A DNA stretch of 64,000 nt from Acidobacteriota bacterium (GCA_043743165.1 JAYTXA010000059.1:70816-134815); one strand, 5' to 3'. Shown: positions 47,221-55,591, numbered from the stretch's first letter. The notes: generated by a model not told the origin, from the sequence alone. Numbers and translations are program-made.

Positions 47221-49383
47221 CTAAACGCTGGCTTTCGCAGCGACCGACTCGTCTGTGCCGAGGATCTCGCTCAAAAACCCCTCAGATTCCCGCTCGAGTC
47301 TCAGAATCTCGGTCCGGATCTCATCGAGGCTTCGGAGCTGCTGGGGCTTGTAGAAGTAGCGCGTGAAGCTCACCTCGTACCCCGTGCGAACGCTGTCCGT
47401 GTCGTACCACGCGTCCGGCACGTGCGGCAGCACCTCGCGCCGCAGGAAGGCCTCGATACCGCCCGGTTCGAGCAGCGGAACCTGCTCGGTGTCGCGCAGA
47501 TCCGGGTCCGGCTCGTACTCGAGCACCACCTTCTTACCGTTCGACACGCCTTGGAACAGGCCCTTGAGCGGGTCGGCCTCGACCTTTCCGGGCTTGTGGA
47601 CGCGCGCCACCACTTCCTGAGCATTCTCATCGCGCTCGGCCAGGATGCTCTGAAGCATCTTCCTGCGCCTGGCGGTTAGCTTCACCCCGTGCTTGTCAAC
47701 GTCGGCATCGACCACGTCGATGAACTGATTGAAGTCGAGGTGAGGGCCAGCCCCGAGGGTGGCGGCCACGCGATCGACCACGTTTGCGAGCGGCTCCTCG
47801 CCATCGTCAATGCAGGACTTTCGGAAACCGGCGCGTCGCGCCTCGCCGAGGTCGACCCTCAGTCGAAGCGGCCGTTCCACCGTCAGCTTCCAGTAGCCGA
47901 ACGCGGCGTTCGGGAAGATCTTCGACTGCTCCGTCTCCTCGAACGCCAGGAACGTGTCGCAGATGCGCTGGATGTCGGCATCGGCCAGTTCGCAGTTCTT
48001 CTTTCCGAGATTCTTCCGAAGCGGCTTCGACCACTGGGTGGCGTCGATCAGCTGCACTTTGCCGCGCCGGTGCTCCGGCTTCCGGTTCGTCAGCACCCAG
48101 ATGTAGGTCGCGATGCCGGTGTTGTAGAACATGTTCAGCGGCAAGGCGACAATGGCCTCGAGCCAGTCGTTCTCGATGATCCAGCGGCGGATGTTGCTCT
48201 CGCCCTGCCCCGCGTCGCCGGTGAATAGCGACGAGCCGTTGTGCACCTCGGCGATGCGGCTCCCGAGCTTCGTGCCGTGCTTCATCTTGCTCAGCATGTT
48301 GGCCAGGAACAGCATCTGGCCGTCGCTCGACCGCGTTAGCAGCGAGTACTCGGCATCGCCGTCGTGTTCGATGAGGAAGCGCGGATCCTTGATGCCGTCC
48401 TTGCCGCCCAGGCGTTCAAGGTCGCTCTTCCAGCTCTTGCCGTAGGGCGGATTCGACAGCATGAAGTCGAACTCGCGGCTCGGGAAGGCATCGTTCGACA
48501 ACGTCGAATACTCCGGTCCACCGACGATGTTGTCGGCGGCTTCGCCTTCGCCCTTGAGCAGGAGGTCGGCCTTGGCGATGGCGTAGGTTTCGGCGTTGAT
48601 CTCCTGGCCGAAGAGGTGTGTCGCGACATCCTTGCCGTGCTGGCTGGCGAGCTGCTGGAGCGTCTCTTCGGCAACCGTCAGCATGCCGCCCGTGCCGCAG
48701 GCTCCGTCGTACAGCAAGTAGGTACCCGACTCGATCTGGTCGGCGATGGGCAGGAAGATGAGCCGCGCCATCAGCTTCACTGCATCGCGCGGGGTCCAGT
48801 GTTCGCCGGCTTCCTCGTTGTTCTCCTCGTTGAACCGGCGCACCAGCTCTTCGAAGATGGTCCCCATCGCGTGATTGTCGAGCCCCGGATGCTTCACTGA
48901 CCCATCCGGATTCAGCACGGGCTTCGGGCTCACGTTCAGGTCGGGCGAGAGCAGCTTCTCGATGAGCGTGCCGAGCGCGTCGGCCTTGGTAAGACGCGGA
49001 ATCTGGTTCCGGAACTCGAACTTCTCGAGGATGTCCTGGACGTTTGGCGAGAAGCCGTCCAGATACGCCTCGAAGTCGGCCTTCAGCTGCTGCTGGTTCG
49101 AGCGCGCCTTCAGGTCGCGCAGCGTGAACTTCGACGTGTTGTAGAACGCCTGCTCCGCCGCCTGGCGCAACGCTTGGTCCTGGTGGACGATGCCCGCCTT
49201 GTCGAGCGAGGTCTTCATCTCGAGCACGGCCTGCTTGGTCGGTTCGAGCACTGCGTCGAGACGCCGCAAGACGGTCATCGGGAGGATGACGTCGCGGTAC
49301 TTCCCGCGCACGTACAGGTCCCGGAGCACGTCGTCGGCGATGCCCCAGATGAAGTTGGCGATCCAGTTGAGATTGGCGTCCAT
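47221..49383 (-). CDS. hsdM: type I restriction enzyme methyltransferase subunit (N6-adenine)
   Basis: ATG 49383 (MDANLNWIANFIWGIADDVLRD...) lies within track ORF 47221..49446. Motif I is LYDGACGTGGML and motif IV is LSNPPYG. Confidence 0.92.
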   Translation of the reverse strand: MDANLNWIANFIWGIADDVLRDLYVRGKYRDVILPMTVLRRLDAVLEPTKQAVLEMKTSLDKAGIVHQDQALRQAAEQAFYNTSKFTLRDLKARSNQQQLKADFEAYLDGFSPNVQDILEKFEFRNQIPRLTKADALGTLIEKLLSPDLNVSPKPVLNPDGSVKHPGLDNHAMGTIFEELVRRFNEENNEEAGEHWTPRDAVKLMARLIFLPIADQIESGTYLLYDGACGTGGMLTVAEETLQQLASQHGKDVATHLFGQEINAETYAIAKADLLLKGEGEAADNIVGGPEYSTLSNDAFPSREFDFMLSNPPYGKSWKSDLERLGGKDGIKDPRFLIEHDGDAEYSLLTRSSDGQMLFLANMLSKMKHGTKLGSRIAEVHNGSSLFTGDAGQGESNIRRWIIENDWLEAIVALPLNMFYNTGIATYIWVLTNRKPEHRRGKVQLIDATQWSKPLRKNLGKKNCELADADIQRICDTFLAFEETEQSKIFPNAAFGYWKLTVERPLRLRVDLGEARRAGFRKSCIDDGEEPLANVVDRVAATLGAGPHLDFNQFIDVVDADVDKHGVKLTARRRKMLQSILAERDENAQEVVARVHKPGKVEADPLKGLFQGVSNGKKVVLEYEPDPDLRDTEQVPLLEPGGIEAFLRREVLPHVPDAWYDTDSVRTGYEVSFTRYFYKPQQLRSLDEIRTEILRLERESEGFLSEILGTDESVAAKASV

Positions 49384-49457
49384 TGCGGACTTGAGTATAC
49401 GGTTACCTCGCGAGGGTGATCGCGGCGACGCGTGAACGAGCCGCACCGGCGGCGACG

Positions 49458-52223
49458 CTACTGCTTTGCCTCAGCGCTCCAGTTCATGAGCAGCGTGATC
49501 GGTGCGGCAGCGCTGTCCAGCACGGTGTTGATCAGGAAGCGTCCATCGGGGGCGACGTCGTATTGCCGGCCAAGCTGAATGTCCGCCCCACCGCCCAGGA
49601 TTCGGGTCCGAAACAGCATCACCGGCGCTCCAGGCTCGATGGTGTCCCCGGACACCGGGATGGGCACGGCCATCATCGCGCCGGACGGGTTGAGGTAGTA
49701 CAGCTCCTTGCCGTCGGCGCGCCAGGCGGGGTGGATACCGCCGCCAGTCGAAACCTGCCACTGGCCCGTTGCCTGCGACTGCTGGACCGCGCCCTGACCA
49801 TTCGTGAGGGCCTGCCCTGTCGAGTCCGGCTCCCTGAACGGCCGGACATAGACCTCCTGGCGTCCGGATTCATTGGACATGTAGGCGACCCATCGTCCAT
49901 TCGGCGAGAACACACCCCACGCCTCCCGAAACGTCGTCTTGACAATCACCCACGGAGCCCGGCTGTGGTCCGTTGGCATGACCCAGAGGTCGGTATTCGA
50001 CTGCGGATCGGTGCTGTGAAACAACAGGAAACGCCCGTCTGACGACCAGCTGTTCGGAGTCTTCAGCTGGTCCGACGTGATCAGCCGTTCCTCCTGCGTG
50101 GCGCCACTGGTCGCCTTCAGGAAGATGTCGCCCGTTCCAGGGCTCCCGCGCTGCGAGCGGAAGGCGACGCGGGCTCCGTCGGGAGACCAGAGCGGGAATC
50201 CGTCCAGAGCAGGATCGAACGTGAGGCGGAGCGTCCGCGACCCGTCCATCATCCAGATGTCGGCGTTGCCCTGGACCGTGCGCGTCATCACCAGGCGCTG
50301 CCCGTCTGCCGACAGGCGTGGGTTCGACTGGCTCTCGTCCTCGGTGCCAAGGGACCCAAGCGCCGTTCCGGCCCGATCTCTCCACACGAGTTGTCGTTTG
50401 CTGCCTGCCCCCGTCCGATAGGCGATCAGTCCGGTAGGCGTCACCGAGACGCCGCTGCGATAGGAGGTATCGATACCTACTCCGTCGGCGAGGGTGAGCG
50501 GCTCGCCGGTCAATGCCGCGCGATCGGGATCGAGGCGCTGTGCCACTAACGCGCCGGCCCGCACCCACAGCAGCCAGCCGTTTCCCTGGCGCGGCCCACG
50601 TGCGCCAGGTCTGTCGGCCAGGTGAACCCCGGCACCATCGGCTGATGTGAGCCGGGTCGGTGTTCCGGCTTCAAGCGAACCGAGGTAGATCCCGGACACC
50701 GCCGCTGCCCCGGTGACGTAGAACAGGAATCGGCGCCCGTCGGGCAGGAAGTATGGCGCAGTGTGGCCGGCTTGTTGAGAACTGAGATCCGTGACGCCGG
50801 TTACCTCTCCGCCTGAGGATGGCACGCGCATCAACGGAGTTGTGCGGCTCGCCCCAAAGACGATCACGCCGTCGGCGTTCCAGGAGCCGCCGCGACCGAC
50901 AATGACGGGCGCCAACGTCTGGGCGGCCGCGCCGCTGAGATCGAGTCGTTTGAGCGCATTCGACGCGAAGAAGCCAATAGACCGACCGTCAGGCGACCAG
51001 AACGGAAACAACCCGCCTTCTGTGCCAGCCAGAGGCTCGGCAGTGGTGGTCCCGAGCGAACGAAGCCACAAGCGAGGAACGCCCTCTGCCGACGCCGCGA
51101 AGACGATCTGGCGGCCGTCTGGTGACAGGGCGAAGGACGTGGGGTCGTCGGTTGTCGGCGTGACGATGTCCACTCGGGTCTCGGCCTGCGGGAGGGGCGT
51201 CGCCTCTTGAATGTGACGAAGCGCGGGGACCGCGAACACGGCCGCGGCCATCAACGAAGCGACCGCCGCGACCCACGCGGTCCGTTCGCGTCTCAGTGTG
51301 TGTGGGGTAGTCGCTGAACCGAGCGCCAGCACGCCGCCCTGCTGCACCCACATCAATTCGTCGTGCAGGTCCTTCGCGCTCTGCCAGCGGTCATCCGCGT
51401 CTTTCGCCAAGCACTTGCTGACGAGGCGCTCGAAGGCCGGCGGCGTCATCGGCTGACGCGTCGAGAGTGCGAGCGGTGTGTGGTTCAGAATGGCGCCGAT
51501 GATGCTGGCCGCGGACTCGCCGTTGAACGGTCGCTGCCCCGTCGCCATCTCGTACAGCAGCGTGCCCAGCGCCCAGATGTCGGTGCGCGTGTCGGCGTCG
51601 CGCCCTTCCACCTGCTCGGGCGCCATGTAGTGAATGGTGCCGAGGATGGTCCCCTTCGCCGTCGCCGGACCCGCCGTCGTGGCGGCAGTTTCGGTGGACA
51701 GCGACACCGGCGACGCGGCGCTGTGCAGCTTCGCGAGTCCGAAGTCGAGCAGCTTCGGGCCGCTCTTCGTGAGCATCACGTTTGCGGGCTTCAGATCGCG
51801 GTGCACGATGCCGGCGCGATGCGCCTTGTCGAGCGCGTCGGCGATGGACGTGCCGATCTTCAGAACCTCGTCGATCGGCAGCGGGCCTTTCGCGCGCGCG
51901 AGTCGCTCCGCGAGTGTCTCGCCCTCGAGCAGCTCCATCACGAGGTAGTCAATACCTGTCCCTGAGCCTGTCGAAGGGTCCTGGTGCCCCACGTCGTAGA
52001 CGACGCAGATGTGCGGGTGGGAGAGCGCGGCAATCGCGCGGGCTTCCCGCTCGAAGCGCGCGCGAGCGGACGCATCGGCCGCGGAATCGGACGGCAGCAC
52101 CTTGATCGCCACGGTGCGCGCGAGGCGCGTGTCGCGGGCCTTGTACACCTCGCCCATCCCGCCGGCACCGAGCGCCGAGAGAACTTCGTAGGGACCGAGT
52201 CGGGTGCCGGGTGTGAGCGCCAA
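49458..52223 (-). CDS. Ser/Thr receptor kinase with single TM and TolB-like beta-propeller (STK-1)
   Basis: 921-aa ORF with a TTG start. Hanks kinase motifs are GAGGMGEVY, VAIK, HRDLKPANV, DFG and APE. The TM helix is WVAAVASLMAAAVFAV. PD40 repeats (SPDGR..., WSPDG...) run to the C-terminus. Confidence 0.9.
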   Translation of the reverse strand: MALTPGTRLGPYEVLSALGAGGMGEVYKARDTRLARTVAIKVLPSDSAADASARARFEREARAIAALSHPHICVVYDVGHQDPSTGSGTGIDYLVMELLEGETLAERLARAKGPLPIDEVLKIGTSIADALDKAHRAGIVHRDLKPANVMLTKSGPKLLDFGLAKLHSAASPVSLSTETAATTAGPATAKGTILGTIHYMAPEQVEGRDADTRTDIWALGTLLYEMATGQRPFNGESAASIIGAILNHTPLALSTRQPMTPPAFERLVSKCLAKDADDRWQSAKDLHDELMWVQQGGVLALGSATTPHTLRRERTAWVAAVASLMAAAVFAVPALRHIQEATPLPQAETRVDIVTPTTDDPTSFALSPDGRQIVFAASAEGVPRLWLRSLGTTTAEPLAGTEGGLFPFWSPDGRSIGFFASNALKRLDLSGAAAQTLAPVIVGRGGSWNADGVIVFGASRTTPLMRVPSSGGEVTGVTDLSSQQAGHTAPYFLPDGRRFLFYVTGAAAVSGIYLGSLEAGTPTRLTSADGAGVHLADRPGARGPRQGNGWLLWVRAGALVAQRLDPDRAALTGEPLTLADGVGIDTSYRSGVSVTPTGLIAYRTGAGSKRQLVWRDRAGTALGSLGTEDESQSNPRLSADGQRLVMTRTVQGNADIWMMDGSRTLRLTFDPALDGFPLWSPDGARVAFRSQRGSPGTGDIFLKATSGATQEERLITSDQLKTPNSWSSDGRFLLFHSTDPQSNTDLWVMPTDHSRAPWVIVKTTFREAWGVFSPNGRWVAYMSNESGRQEVYVRPFREPDSTGQALTNGQGAVQQSQATGQWQVSTGGGIHPAWRADGKELYYLNPSGAMMAVPIPVSGDTIEPGAPVMLFRTRILGGGADIQLGRQYDVAPDGRFLINTVLDSAAAPITLLMNWSAEAKQ
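51345..52223 (-). repeat. kinase-domain direct repeat, copy A (pairs with 57482-58337)
   Basis: By-eye nucleotide alignment shows roughly nine in ten positions identical over the whole kinase-coding part. There is one 21-nt in-frame indel near 51955-51978. Boundaries are approximate. Confidence 0.75.
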
Positions 52224-52234
52224 CGGTGCGCGCG

Positions 52235-52240
52235 ATTATA
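52235..52240 (-). promoter_or_regulatory. conserved TATAAT upstream of STK-1
   Basis: Minus strand reads caTATAATcgcgcgcaccgTTG, an 11-nt spacer to the TTG start. Confidence 0.4.
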
Positions 52241-52302
52241 TGACGGCTGAGCTATCGGGCCGACTGTCAGGCCTCGAATGCGTTCAGCATGCGGCTTCCA
52301 GG

Positions 52303-52641
52303 CTACGCGCGGTCGAGTTCGGGGCGAAGCTCCGACAGGATCTCGGGAACCTTGTTCAGCGCCACGTCCCACAGTTCGTCGGCGTCGATCACCCAGTAGC
52401 CATGAGCGAGCAGGTTGCGCAAGCCGACGATCTGGCGCCACGGGACCGCCGGTCGAGCTTCCTTCCACTCCTGGGACATCCGGGCCGCGGCTTCGCCGAT
52501 CACGAACAACTGGCGCTCGACGGCGGCACGCTTTTCGTCGTTGCCCGCAAACGCCTCGAATGTGACCCCGTCGATGTAGCGAAGGACGGCTTCGCCGGCC
52601 GACACCATGTCGGCGACATAGAGGAGCTGATCACGCGACAT
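52303..52641 (-). CDS. hepT: HepT (DUF86) toxin, type VII TA
   Basis: 112-aa ORF with the Rx4HxY motif (RNLLAHGY). It overlaps mntA by 11 nt. Confidence 0.85.
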   Translation of the reverse strand: MSRDQLLYVADMVSAGEAVLRYIDGVTFEAFAGNDEKRAAVERQLFVIGEAAARMSQEWKEARPAVPWRQIVGLRNLLAHGYWVIDADELWDVALNKVPEILSELRPELDRA

Positions 52642-52924
52642 GCACGAGATCCCGTTCGATGAGTGGTCGGAGTCTGGGCTTCAGACCTGAGGCCGTCACC
52701 ACGTCGACCCGGCGCCCGAGCAGGTCTTCGAGATAGACAAGGAGACCCATGTGCGCGTCGAAGGTGACCGGACCAGAGAACTCCACCAGCACATCGACAT
52801 CACTGTCCGGTCGCGCCTCGTCCCTGGCGGTGGAGCCGAAGATCGACAGCGACCGCACGCCAAATCGCTCGGCGATCTCCTCCCGCTTTCCGCTCAACAG
52901 CGCGACAACCTGGGCTCGGCGCAT
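52631..52924 (-). CDS. mntA: MntA nucleotidyltransferase antitoxin
   Basis: 97-aa ORF with minimal NTase motif GSTARDEARPDSDVDVLV (GS-x10-DxD). Confidence 0.85.
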   Translation of the reverse strand: MRRAQVVALLSGKREEIAERFGVRSLSIFGSTARDEARPDSDVDVLVEFSGPVTFDAHMGLLVYLEDLLGRRVDVVTASGLKPRLRPLIERDLVHVA

Positions 52925-53009
52925 GCTGACATGATAGCCCGCTGTGGCCCATGAGAACAGGACGCGCTGGCCGTCGCATCGCTCTCGCGGACGAGCGACG
53001 GCCCATGGG

Positions 53010-53612
53010 TCAGTAGCGCTTCGCCCACCCGCCAGTGACGAACCTCACCTCGGGTGCGCTGGTCACGCCGGCCTTCTGCATCGCATCCTTCAGGCCGGGG
53101 TTTGCCATGAACGCCTTCAGCTCGTCGAACGACTCGGCCTGGTGATAGACCAGCGCCGTGTTCGGCGCCTCGAGTAACTGGTTGGCCGCAGCGCCAATGA
53201 TGCCGCCCTGCGTGCGCACGACGGCCGCGGCGGCGTATCCGGCCAGCCACGTGTCGAACTGCGCGACCTGATGCGAGATCATCATCGCGGGCAGTTCACG
53301 GTCCCACACGATCTCTTCTGACACCGGTGTCACCCACACCGCCGACGGCGCGCTCTTGATACCGGCGGCGCTCATCGTCTGGCGAAGGTCGTCCGACGCG
53401 GCGAACGCTTTGGCCTTCTCCACGTCCGACACGGCCAGGTAGACGCTCAGGAGGTTCGGGTTGTCGACGTGCCTGTTGATGTGATGGCCGAGGAAGCCCG
53501 CGGCCTTGCGCGCCCCTTCGTGACCGTCGAAGACCGACTTCCAGGTGCCGAAGTCCGCGACTTCGTGCGTGAGGATCAGAGCCGCCGAGGGACGCTGCGT
53601 GGATGCACTCAT
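53010..53612 (-). CDS. hypothetical protein made of two tandem ~95-aa homologous domains (alpha+beta barrel-like)
   Basis: 200-aa ORF. Repeat 1 is LILTHEVADFGTWKSVFDGH...SAPSAVWVTP. Repeat 2 is AMMISHQVAQFDTWLAGYAA...SAPEVRFVTG. The family is not confidently recognised. Confidence 0.55.
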   Translation of the reverse strand: MSASTQRPSAALILTHEVADFGTWKSVFDGHEGARKAAGFLGHHINRHVDNPNLLSVYLAVSDVEKAKAFAASDDLRQTMSAAGIKSAPSAVWVTPVSEEIVWDRELPAMMISHQVAQFDTWLAGYAAAAVVRTQGGIIGAAANQLLEAPNTALVYHQAESFDELKAFMANPGLKDAMQKAGVTSAPEVRFVTGGWAKRY

Positions 53613-53704
53613 GGTTTTACTCTCTGCAGGCTTGCGTGCCCATCCCGGTTCGGACGAGAGGGCTGAAGGTCAGGGGCAGACGGTCCGACCCGTCGTGAAC
53701 AACG

Positions 53705-54187
53705 TCAGGGAAAGGTGCCAAGGTCGGCCAGCACGTCATCGAGCAACTGCGCCAGCCGCTTGAGCCTGGCCTCGCCGAGGTGACCGACCATCGCCGTCGG
53801 CATGCGCAACACGTGCGGGTCCAGTTCCTCAACCACCGCGATGCCCTTCGGCGTGATGCCCACTTCGACGACGCGGCGATCGCGCTCGGCGCGGACGCGC
53901 TCGACGAGGCCGCCGGCGCTGAGCCGATCGACCAGGCGCGTGACGTCGGGATCGCGGGCGATCATCCGCTCGGAGATCTCGCTGCACGCCAGCCGGGTCG
54001 GATGGCTGCCGCGCAGGATGCGGAGCACGTTGTACTGGCTGGTCGTCAGGCCGGCCCTGTCCTTCAGGAACTTCTCCCACGGCTCGACCAGCCGCGCCGC
54101 AAGGACGCGCAGGCCAAGCACGACGTGCTGCTCGGGAGAGACGAACCGGCTTTTCTGCTTCAGCGCGCGCGCGACCGCTCGAGCCAT
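53705..54187 (-). CDS. MarR-family transcriptional regulator
   Basis: ATG 54187 (MARAVARALKQKS...) with wHTH sequence LTTSQYNVLRILRGS...ISERMIARDPDVTRLVDRLSAGGLVERVRAERDRRVVEVGITPKG. Confidence 0.88.
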   Translation of the reverse strand: MARAVARALKQKSRFVSPEQHVVLGLRVLAARLVEPWEKFLKDRAGLTTSQYNVLRILRGSHPTRLACSEISERMIARDPDVTRLVDRLSAGGLVERVRAERDRRVVEVGITPKGIAVVEELDPHVLRMPTAMVGHLGEARLKRLAQLLDDVLADLGTFP

Positions 54188-54194
54188 TCGCGGA

Positions 54195-54223
54195 ACAATA
54201 GTCGTTACAACGACTATCGTCAA
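54195..54223 (-). promoter_or_regulatory. candidate leaderless marR promoter with embedded palindromic operator
   Basis: On the minus strand: TTGACG (54223-54218), 17 nt, TATTGT (54200-54195), 7 nt, then ATG. A 20-bp near-perfect palindrome ATAGTCGTTacAACGACTAT (54198-54217) fills the spacer and -10. Confidence 0.55.
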
Positions 54224-54259
54224 GAGGAGTGTTGAGGCGCGACCCGGGGGCACGCCGAC

Positions 54260-54883
54260 TCAGTGTCGCCGTGCCGTCAGGGTCCTGATGTGGGCCACGC
54301 CGAACCCACGCACCACCACCACATCGAGCGGGTCGGCCGGGTCGTACCAGCACGGGACCGTGGCTCCGACCGTCCACCGCGACAGTTCCTCCAGGCGTCC
54401 GCCGCGGCCGCCAACGCCCAGACGTGAACCGGAGTCGTATCCCGACGAGTAGGTCTCGCGTCCGTCGACGTCGTACTCGACCCCCAGGACAGGCACGTAG
54501 TCGTTGTCGTCCAGCGGCTGGCTGGGCATGGAACGGCTGTTCGAGGCCGCCGCCTGCGTACTGAGACGACCGCCGAGAATGGTGCACGAGGTTTCGGGCC
54601 AGCGCGTCAGCGACTGGTAGTCGCGCCAGGCCATCACGCTGAACATCGTCCAGAAGCCGACAGCCACCGTGATCGCTGCTGCGGCGCCGCCCGCGCATCC
54701 GAGCAGCATGGCAAGCGACAGCAGGAACGACGCCAGCGTCCGCGCGACTTCACGACGGGGTGGACGAGATCCGGGAGTCAGAGCCACGTGCGGACTGGAT
54801 TGGATGGGCGGACGAGCGCAGATGGCCAAGTCACCTGGCCACAACGCGGCGCACAGGCCGATGCGCCCGTCCGCACCGATCAC
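54260..54883 (-). CDS. DUF3592-like membrane protein
   Basis: C-terminal pattern WPETSCTILGG...YVPVLGVEYDVDGRETYSSG...TVPCWYDPADP, preceded by a TM helix. The true start is probably internal (for example, the V of VARTLASFLL). Confidence 0.55.
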   Translation of the reverse strand: MIGADGRIGLCAALWPGDLAICARPPIQSSPHVALTPGSRPPRREVARTLASFLLSLAMLLGCAGGAAAAITVAVGFWTMFSVMAWRDYQSLTRWPETSCTILGGRLSTQAAASNSRSMPSQPLDDNDYVPVLGVEYDVDGRETYSSGYDSGSRLGVGGRGGRLEELSRWTVGATVPCWYDPADPLDVVVVRGFGVAHIRTLTARRH

Positions 54884-54890
54884 TCGTGCC

Positions 54891-55325
54891 TTACGCGCCG
54901 CCCCGCTGAAGCCGCTGCAGCACGGCCACCATCTCCGGCGAGATGTCAGTGTGGTGATGCACGATCTTCCACACCCGCCCGGTGCGGATGTAGACGTTGG
55001 TGACGCGGTCGTTGATGGCGACCGTCGTCCCGGCCATGATCGCCGTGCCCACCTCGACGCCCGACTCCACAGCCATATCTTTCGTGGCGTTGATCCGCGC
55101 CGACTTGAGCCTGACCTTCCCGCCCGAGCTGAGGCTGGCCACCTGCGCCCACGGCGCCTTCACCTTCGACCAGCCGCGTTCGCATCCCCCAATCGGGTGC
55201 ATGGTGGTGGCCGCCGGTGTCTGCGACCAGGCCGCCAGCATCGGTTCAGGGTTTCCCTTCAGCATCTGGTTGAGTGCGGCGTAGAACGACTTCGACGCGA
55301 GCGTGAGCGCGGGCGGAACGGGCAT
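54891..55325 (-). CDS. SnoaL-like/DUF4440 NTF2-fold protein
   Basis: 144-aa ORF with FYAALNQM...NVYIRTGRVWKIVHHHTD, typical of this fold. Confidence 0.7.
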   Translation of the reverse strand: MPVPPALTLASKSFYAALNQMLKGNPEPMLAAWSQTPAATTMHPIGGCERGWSKVKAPWAQVASLSSGGKVRLKSARINATKDMAVESGVEVGTAIMAGTTVAINDRVTNVYIRTGRVWKIVHHHTDISPEMVAVLQRLQRGGA

Positions 55326-55329
55326 GGGT

Positions 55330-55591
55330 GCTGTCTCCTCGTTGGCGGCGCGTGGTCAGGGTGAACACGCGGGGGAATTCTAGCCGTTTGCCCATGGCCA
55401 TGTCCTCCTTCGGGTCCACCCACCAGTTCGTGCCGCTCGTGGACGCGGCGCACCCGCCTCCGCAGGCAGACTTCGTCGGTCGCGTGACGCAACACCTTCG
55501 CAGCCGGGACGACGAAGCTGGCGTCGGACATCCCGAGCGGCTGGCCAGCGATGCGCTCCACGATCATGCCGAGGAGATAGAGGCAATCTCC
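55330..55591 (-). pseudogene. beta-lactamase-family serine hydrolase remnant (C-terminal third only, frameshifted)
   Basis: Minus-strand reading starts 8 nt after the STK-2 stop as GDCLYLLGMIVERIAGQPLGMSDASFVVPAAKVLRHA. A second frame gives WWVDPKEDMAMG. No N-terminal SxxK region is present. Confidence 0.55.

Noticed and set aside
40575-49457. Classical integrative island at tRNA-Val (integrase plus att direct repeat)
   Set aside because: No integrase or recombinase ORF is present. By eye I could not find a second copy of the tRNA 3' end (GGTTCGAATCCAGCATCGTCCACCA) near 49.4 kb or further right. Only a computational repeat search can settle this.
53640-53680. A possible fourth REP-like copy (…GGGCTGAAGGTCAGGGG…)
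   Set aside because: It shares only a 9-nt core (CTGAAGGTC) with the element and does not form the hairpin, so this is likely chance.
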